Assembly (NCBI GenBank): GCA_041567315.1 | Contig: JBFGCA010000003.1 | Span: 15,398 to 79,397, forward strand | Source: Thermoanaerobaculia bacterium | GTDB taxonomy: Bacteria > Acidobacteriota > Thermoanaerobaculia > Multivoradales > JAHEKO01 | Direction of reading: 5' to 3' | DNA: 64,000 nucleotides | Shown: piece after piece, positions 57,652 through 64,000 of the stretch | Layout: the number at the start of each line of letters is the position of its first letter | Numbering within the stretch: the first letter of the stretch is position 1 | Program-made: the position numbers and the translations under genes | Notes under the pieces: generated by a model | What the model was told of the DNA's origin: nothing | What the model saw: the letters and a program-made list of their open reading frames with translations, nothing else | Databases searched by the model: none

Positions 57652-60638
57652 CCCCTGGCCCCTGGCTTGAGGATCAGGCCGCGCCCCTCGCGGCCGTCGA
57701 GGACCACGGTGAGCGGCGTCTCCAGCCGCACGTGCCGCAGGTGCCGGGTCTCCCGGGCCGCCGGCTGGCCGTCGAGCCAGGCCCAGTCGAGGAACTCGCT
57801 GTGGCCGTCGGTCTTGTCGGCGCCCGGCGGCACCGTGAGGTACCCGACCCGGAGCGAAGTGATGTTCTGGAAGAAGTGGGTGCCCTGCGAGGGCTCGACC
57901 CCGTAGCCGGCGGGGGAGGCCTCGACGATCACCCGCACGTTCGAGATGTGCCCCCACTGCACCGGGATCCCCAGCCAGGGATCGGCGGTGCCCCAACGGC
58001 CGGGGCCGATCAGCAGATAGGGCCGCCGCTGGCCGCCCAGCGAGCGGTTGAACTCGCCGATCTGGGCGACGATCGCCTTGTTGGCGTTGGCCTCCCAGGT
58101 CTGCCGGCGGACGTAGACGATGTCCTGGACGGCGCGCTCGATGCCGTGCCCGAGACTGCGCTCGGAGACGCACAGGGTCTCCTCCGGGCGGTAGGAGAGC
58201 TGGCCCAGCTCCTGGTGCGCACCGCGGGCGGCGAACGGCCGCACCTGGAGTGGGTAGAGCACCGGCCGGGCGCGCTCGCGGCCCGGGGCCGGCGGCCGCC
58301 CCCAGTCGCCCATGTCGCAGGCGAACTCCATCTCCACCGGGCAGCCCAGCCCACGCTCGGCCAGCGCCAGCAGCTCGGCAAGCGCCTCGGCCAGCGGGAT
58401 CGCCCGGTGCTTGAGGATGTTGTTGAACGACACCACCCGCGGGCCGGTCAGGCCGAGGTTCTCGCGTAGCCGCTCCTCGTCGCGGCGGAAGACGCTGCCG
58501 ACTGCCAGCAGGGTGCCGTCGGCCTCCGCCTGCTCGAGGTCGAAGTGCTTGACGTTGCCGTAGAAGTCGCCGTCGTCGGCGCAGCACGGATGGTCGAGGT
58601 CGAGGGCGTAGAAGCCCCGCTGGGTGCCGTCCAGCATGTCCCGCGGGGTCGCCAGCTGCGGGATGACGCCCGGATGGCGGGGGCTGAAGCGCAGCGCCAA
58701 ACCGCCGTCGATCACCTGCCGGCCCAGTCCCAGGGCGACGTGGACGATGCCGTCCTCGGCCCGCTGCGGACCGATCGGATAGAAGTTGTGTGACTGGGCG
58801 ACGCCGGCGAAGTTGGGGTAGTAGCGCGCCCCGTGCCGGCGGCCGACCAGCCGCTGGACGATCACCGCCATCTTTTCCTCTTCCACCCGGCAGCCGGTCG
58901 ACTGCAGGTAGGTGCGGGCGTTGTGGAAGTAGGTGGAGGCGTAGACAATCTTGACGGCGGTGGCCAGCTCGCGAAGCCGCACCTCCGGGTCCTTGGACAG
59001 GTTGGGGATCATCAGGGTGTTGTAGATGCCGGCCAGCGGCAGGTGCAGCGAGTCCTCGAGCAGGCTCGAAGAGCGCACCGCCAGCGGGCCGGTCATCTCG
59101 TGAGCGATGAAGGTCAGCTCGCTGCGCAGGTCGTCGTCGAAGCGGCACTCCCGGAAGCGCTTTGCCAGCTCGGCGTCCTCCTCGCATTCGGCGGCGAAGT
59201 CGGCGAGCTGGTTTTCCTCCATGAAGCGGTCGAAGCACTCGGTGGTCAGCACCACCGTCTTGGGGATGGTGAGGTCGAGCTCGCCCAGCTCGCGGCCCCG
59301 CCGGCCGGCCAGGGTGAGGTGCATGAAAGCGATCCCCCGCGCCTTGCCGCCCAGCGAGCCCTGACCGAAACGCGAGAACAGGTCGCGGGCGAACTGCTCG
59401 CGGCTGAAATCGGCGATCACCCCGCGCTGGGCCCGCTGCCGGGTCTGGCGCAGCAGCTGGATGAGGTATTCGCGGGTGGCCGCCACGCTGGGGAAGTCGG
59501 AGACCTGCCGGGGCCGGATGCGCCCGGCCAGCTCGAACTCGCTGCGCGCCATCAGCCACAGCGAGAAATGGTTGTGCATCGCGTGGTAGGTGATCGACTC
59601 GTCGGGCACCACGGCGAGCTGCCGCTCGAGCTCGCGGACGTCGGCGGCCCGCGCCACCTCCTCGCCGTCCGGGGTGCGGAAGACGAACTCTCCGAAGCCC
59701 AGGCTCTGGCGCAGGAACTCGCGGATCTCGGCCAGCAGGCTCTTGGAGTTCTTGTCGACGAAGGCGACGTCCATCGCCGCCGCCTGCTCGGCGTTGGCGG
59801 GCTCGGCCGACTGCAGCAGCACCGGCAGCTCGGGATCGTACTGCCGCGCGAAGGCGGCGAATGCGAGACCACCCCCGGGATCGAGGACGCCACCGCGCGG
59901 GATCCGCACGTCGGTCACCACCGCGGTGACGTTGCGCTGGTAGCGCTCGAACAGCGCCACCGCCTGCTCGTAGCTCTTGGCGTGCAGCACCTTGGGGCGC
60001 GAGCGCATGTACATGCGGCGGTGGAGCTCGTTGACCCCCTCGCTGTAGAGCGAGTGCGACTGGTTCATCAGCTCCTTGTAGAGCAGGCCCAGGAAGGCGG
60101 AGTAGAAGCGCGGCGAGTCCTCGACCATGAGGATCACCCGCACGTTGCCGTGCTCGATGTCGTGGTCGACGTTGTCGCGATCCTCGATGTACTTGATGAC
60201 GGCGAGCAGGATCTGGGAGTCTCCGGTCCACAGGAAGACCGCGTCGATGGCCTCGGTGTCGATCAGCTCCTGGGAGCGGTCCAGCTCCTTGCGGTCGAGC
60301 GCCAGCAGCACCACCGGCCGCCCGGGCCGCAGCTCCTTGACCTTCCGCCCCAGGGCGTTGACCCCCATGTCGGACAGCGAGGCCATCACCAGGATCAGAT
60401 CGAAGCGCTGCTTCTGCATCTGCAGCAGCGCCTCCTCGCCGGTCGCCACGTGGGTCACCCGCGGCGGCCCCGAGAGGCTCACGTCGCGGTACTCGAAAAA
60501 GACCTGCTCGGTGAGCTGCCCGTCCTCCTCCAGGATGAAGGCGTCGTAGGGCGAAGAGACCAGCAGCACCTCCCGCACCCGATAGGGCATCAGGTTGTGG
60601 AACCGCCGGTCCTGGAGGATCTGGTGCCGGACGGGCAT
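57648..60638 (-). CDS. PEP/pyruvate-binding (PEP synthase / PPDK N-terminal ATP-grasp-like) protein with two N-terminal receiver-like domains
   Basis: Track ORF. Receiver-like VREVLLVSSPYD...DLILVMASLSDMG and VRVILMVEDSP...VTAVVTDVRIPRGG. PEP-utilising region GGKARGIAFM, LAVRSSSLLEDS and FAGVAQSHNFYP. Confidence 0.8.
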   Translation of the reverse strand: MPVRHQILQDRRFHNLMPYRVREVLLVSSPYDAFILEEDGQLTEQVFFEYRDVSLSGPPRVTHVATGEEALLQMQKQRFDLILVMASLSDMGVNALGRKVKELRPGRPVVLLALDRKELDRSQELIDTEAIDAVFLWTGDSQILLAVIKYIEDRDNVDHDIEHGNVRVILMVEDSPRFYSAFLGLLYKELMNQSHSLYSEGVNELHRRMYMRSRPKVLHAKSYEQAVALFERYQRNVTAVVTDVRIPRGGVLDPGGGLAFAAFARQYDPELPVLLQSAEPANAEQAAAMDVAFVDKNSKSLLAEIREFLRQSLGFGEFVFRTPDGEEVARAADVRELERQLAVVPDESITYHAMHNHFSLWLMARSEFELAGRIRPRQVSDFPSVAATREYLIQLLRQTRQRAQRGVIADFSREQFARDLFSRFGQGSLGGKARGIAFMHLTLAGRRGRELGELDLTIPKTVVLTTECFDRFMEENQLADFAAECEEDAELAKRFRECRFDDDLRSELTFIAHEMTGPLAVRSSSLLEDSLHLPLAGIYNTLMIPNLSKDPEVRLRELATAVKIVYASTYFHNARTYLQSTGCRVEEEKMAVIVQRLVGRRHGARYYPNFAGVAQSHNFYPIGPQRAEDGIVHVALGLGRQVIDGGLALRFSPRHPGVIPQLATPRDMLDGTQRGFYALDLDHPCCADDGDFYGNVKHFDLEQAEADGTLLAVGSVFRRDEERLRENLGLTGPRVVSFNNILKHRAIPLAEALAELLALAERGLGCPVEMEFACDMGDWGRPPAPGRERARPVLYPLQVRPFAARGAHQELGQLSYRPEETLCVSERSLGHGIERAVQDIVYVRRQTWEANANKAIVAQIGEFNRSLGGQRRPYLLIGPGRWGTADPWLGIPVQWGHISNVRVIVEASPAGYGVEPSQGTHFFQNITSLRVGYLTVPPGADKTDGHSEFLDWAWLDGQPAARETRHLRHVRLETPLTVVLDGREGRGLILKPGARG

Positions 60639-60734
60639 CGCCGAGGGACAGCCTACACCCGCGGACCCGCGGGCGCCGTCGAGACGGACCGTTGTCCCGC
60701 CGCCCGGAGGTGCCGAGCGCGGTGCTCGGAGCGG

Positions 60735-62075
60735 CTACACCACGCCCTGGTCGAGCATGGCGTCGGCGACTTTGATGAAGCCGGCGATGTTGGCGCCGTC
60801 GAGGTAGTTGACGAAGCCGTCCTGGCGGCCGTGGCGGACGCAGGTGCGGTGGATCTCGCGCATGATGAGGCGCAGGCGCTCGTCGACCTCTTGGCGGGTC
60901 CAGGTCAGGCGCATGGCGTTCTGGGTCATCTCGAGGCCGGAGACGGCGACGCCGCCGGCGTTGGCGGCCTTGCCGGGGCCGTAGAGGATCTCGGCCTCGA
61001 GAAAGGCGTTGACGGCGTCGGGGTCGGAGGGCATGTTGGCGCCCTCGGCGACGCAGGTGCAGCCGTTGTCGAGCAGCGCCCGGGCGTCGGCGCCGGAGAT
61101 CTCGTTCTCGGTGGCGCAGGGCAGGGCCACGTCGCATGCCACCGTCCAGGGGCGCTGGTCTTCGAGGAACTCGGCCTCGGGGAACTTCTGCGCGTACTCG
61201 GCGATGCGCCCGCGGCGGTTGTTCTTCAGATCCATTATCCAGTCCAGCTTGCGGCGGTCGATCCCCTGCGGATCGACGATGGTGCCGTTGGAGTCGGAGA
61301 TGGTCAGCACCTTGCCGCCGTACTCGAGCACCTTCTCGGCGGCGTACTGGGCGACGTTGCCGGCGCCGGAGATCAGCACCCGCTTGCCCTCCAGGTTGTC
61401 GCCGCGGGCGGCCAGCATCTCGGCGGCGAAGTAGACCAGACCGTAGCCGGTGGCCTCGGGCCGGATCCGCGAGCCCCCCCAGTCGCGGCCCTTGCCGGTG
61501 AGCACGCCGGTGAACTCGTTGGCCAGCTTCTTGTACATCCCGAACAGGAAGCCGAGCTCGCGCCCGCCGACCCCGATGTCGCCGGCCGGCACGTCGGTGT
61601 TGGGCCCGATGTGGCGGAAAAGCTCGGCCATGAAGGCCTGGCAGAAGCGCATGATCTCGCCGTCGCTCTTGGCCTTGGGATCGAAGTCCGAGCCCCCCTT
61701 GCCGCCGCCCAGCGGCAGGGTGGTGAGGCTGTTCTTGAACACCTGCTCGAAGGCCAGGAACTTGAGGATTCCCAGGGTGACCGAGGGGTGCAGGCGTAGG
61801 CCGCCCTTGTAGGGACCGAGCGCCGAGTTCATCTCGACGCGGAAGCCGCGGTTGACCTGGATCTCGCCCTGGTCGTCGACCCACGGCACGCGGAACATCA
61901 CCACCCGCTCGGGCTCGACGATCCGCTCCAGGATCTTGCCCTGCCGGTAGCGTGGATCGCGCTCGATGACCGGCCAGATCGACTCCACGACCTCCCGGAC
62001 CGCCTGGTGGAATTCCTTTTCCGCCGGATTCCTGGTGACGACGTGCGCGATGAAGTCATCGACCGAATGGGCCAT
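60735..62075 (-). CDS. gdhA: NADP-specific glutamate dehydrogenase
   Basis: ATG 62075 inside track ORF 60735..63134, with GGAGAGGG upstream. GPYKGGLRLHP, LPLGGGKGGSDFDPK, VLISGAGNVAQYAAEK and NAGGVAVSGLEMTQN. Confidence 0.95.
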   Translation of the reverse strand: MAHSVDDFIAHVVTRNPAEKEFHQAVREVVESIWPVIERDPRYRQGKILERIVEPERVVMFRVPWVDDQGEIQVNRGFRVEMNSALGPYKGGLRLHPSVTLGILKFLAFEQVFKNSLTTLPLGGGKGGSDFDPKAKSDGEIMRFCQAFMAELFRHIGPNTDVPAGDIGVGGRELGFLFGMYKKLANEFTGVLTGKGRDWGGSRIRPEATGYGLVYFAAEMLAARGDNLEGKRVLISGAGNVAQYAAEKVLEYGGKVLTISDSNGTIVDPQGIDRRKLDWIMDLKNNRRGRIAEYAQKFPEAEFLEDQRPWTVACDVALPCATENEISGADARALLDNGCTCVAEGANMPSDPDAVNAFLEAEILYGPGKAANAGGVAVSGLEMTQNAMRLTWTRQEVDERLRLIMREIHRTCVRHGRQDGFVNYLDGANIAGFIKVADAMLDQGVV

Positions 62076-62366
62076 GTCGTGTCCCTCTCCTGAGACGCTT
62101 GTTCTCTGTGGGCTGGCCGGGGAGCTGGCTGCACGGTGCCGCGCGGTGCGGCCGGCTGGATGGGGCGGAAGACCCCGGCGGCAACAATACTTCACCTGAG
62201 GGCCGCTGACCACCGGCGTGCGCCCGGGCTCCGGAGGGGTCGAACGCGGTCGCCTGGAACCTCGACCAACGCCGGGACGTATCATGTGGGTGGGAGCATC
62301 CGCGGGGTGAGCCGCGCAGCCGGAGGCGAACAGAGGGCGGCCGCCGCCCAGCGGGCGGGCACTCGG

Positions 62367-63116
<750 letters not shown>

Positions 63117-63124
63117 GACGGCCG

Positions 63125-64000
63125 GTGCGCGCACTGCATCGCAAGGCGCTCCGCGACCTGTGGCGGATCAGGGGCCAGGCGCTGGCGATCAGCGTGGTGA
63201 TCGGCGCCGGCGTGGCGATGTACATCACCATGCTGTCGACCTTCGACTCGCTGCGTCTGACCCAGCAGACCTACTACGACCGCTATCGATTCGCCGAGGT
63301 CTTCGCCGGCGCCAAGCGGGCGCCGCAGCGGCTGGCCCAGCGGATAGCCGACGTCCCCGGGGTGCGCCGGGTGGCGACCCGGGTGGTGGCCGAGGTGACG
63401 CTCGACGTCGCCGGCATGGACGAGCCGGTGGTCGGCCGGCTGATTGCGATCCCCGGGCGGCGCACCGGCGGCGAGCTCAACGACCTGGCGATCCTCGAAG
63501 GGCGCTACCTCGAGCCCGACCGCTTCGACGAGGTGCTGGTCAACGAGGGCTTCGCTGGGGCCCACGGCCTCGGTCCCGGCGACGCGGTGACCGCGCTGAT
63601 CAACGGCCGCCGCCGCCGGCTCGAGATCGTCGGCCTTGCGCTGTCGCCCGAGTACGTCTACACCGTGCGTCCGGGCGAATGGCTGCCCGACGACCGGCGG
63701 TTCGGACTGTTGTGGATGAACGGCCGCGCCCTGGCCACCGCCTTCGACATGGAGGGCGGCTTCAACGACGTGGCGCTGACCCTGATGCCGGGGGCCTCGG
63801 AGCCCGAGGTGATCGCCGCCGTCGACCGGCTGCTCGACCCCTGGGGCGGCCGCGGCGGCATCCCTCGCTCGCAGCAGATGTCGCACTGGTGGCTCAACGA
63901 TCAGCTCACCCAGCTCGAGAGCATGGGCAAGGTGGTGCCGCTGATCTTCCTGGGGGTGGGCGCGCTGCTGCTGACCATCGTGCTCAACCGCATCGTAGCG
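63125..64000 (+). CDS. ABC transporter permease (FtsX/MacB-type), 3' end off window
   Basis: Hand translation from GTG 63125: [43 protein letters not shown]...[14 protein letters not shown]...[30 protein letters not shown]. Open to the window end (292 codons). Not in the track because there is no stop. Confidence 0.8.
   Translation, partial: MRALHRKALRDLWRIRGQALAISVVIGAGVAMYITMLSTFDSLRLTQQTYYDRYRFAEVFAGAKRAPQRLAQRIADVPGVRRVATRVVAEVTLDVAGMDEPVVGRLIAIPGRRTGGELNDLAILEGRYLEPDRFDEVLVNEGFAGAHGLGPGDAVTALINGRRRRLEIVGLALSPEYVYTVRPGEWLPDDRRFGLLWMNGRALATAFDMEGGFNDVALTLMPGASEPEVIAAVDRLLDPWGGRGGIPRSQQMSHWWLNDQLTQLESMGKVVPLIFLGVGALLLTIVLNRIVA

Overview
Very GC-rich bacterial chromosomal window (roughly 70% GC by eye, not computed). 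It is densely coding, with about 60 credible protein genes. I recognised no rRNA, tRNA, CRISPR array, transposase or integrase. The GC bias fills the six-frame track with long Arg/Pro/Gly-rich shadow ORFs. I kept only ORFs with family motifs, signal peptides or TM helices, GC3-type codon usage and sensible starts, and I moved several starts downstream of the track start. Layout: (1) 1-24.3 kb is mostly metabolic or housekeeping: PQQ-like propellers plus a CoA-ligase-like enzyme, e(P4) phosphatase, aldo/keto reductase, two acyl-CoA dehydrogenases, an ExeA/GspB-like pair, a RidA-M24 fusion, TetR, recQ and a 7-repeat surface protein. An AbiE-like toxin-antitoxin locus interrupts it. (2) 24.3-40.7 kb looks accessory. 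It holds more TA-type modules: higBA, a ParE-type toxin with an in-frame amber stop, Phd-VapC, RHH-PIN and an orphan RHH paralog. It also holds gene fragments, an Uma2 nuclease, unknown membrane proteins and a compact AsnB-like / radical SAM / flavoprotein operon. (3) 40.7-64 kb is housekeeping again: a pdxH-SGNH-glycosyltransferase operon, CBS proteins, SNF and SSS transporters, WS/DGAT, a Lon-like protease plus Usp, a REC-PEP-utilising enzyme, gdhA and a MacB-type ABC transporter. Most noteworthy observations: three unrelated secreted proteins share a 19-residue C-terminal FESGD..W tail that looks like an unassigned sorting tag. A ~110-bp intergenic repeat occurs three times. Two ~170-180-bp palindromic elements have perfect 20-22-bp arms that contain stop codons of flanking genes. 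Many -10-like boxes lie 6-12 nt upstream of start codons, suggesting leaderless-type starts. Several genes are disrupted.
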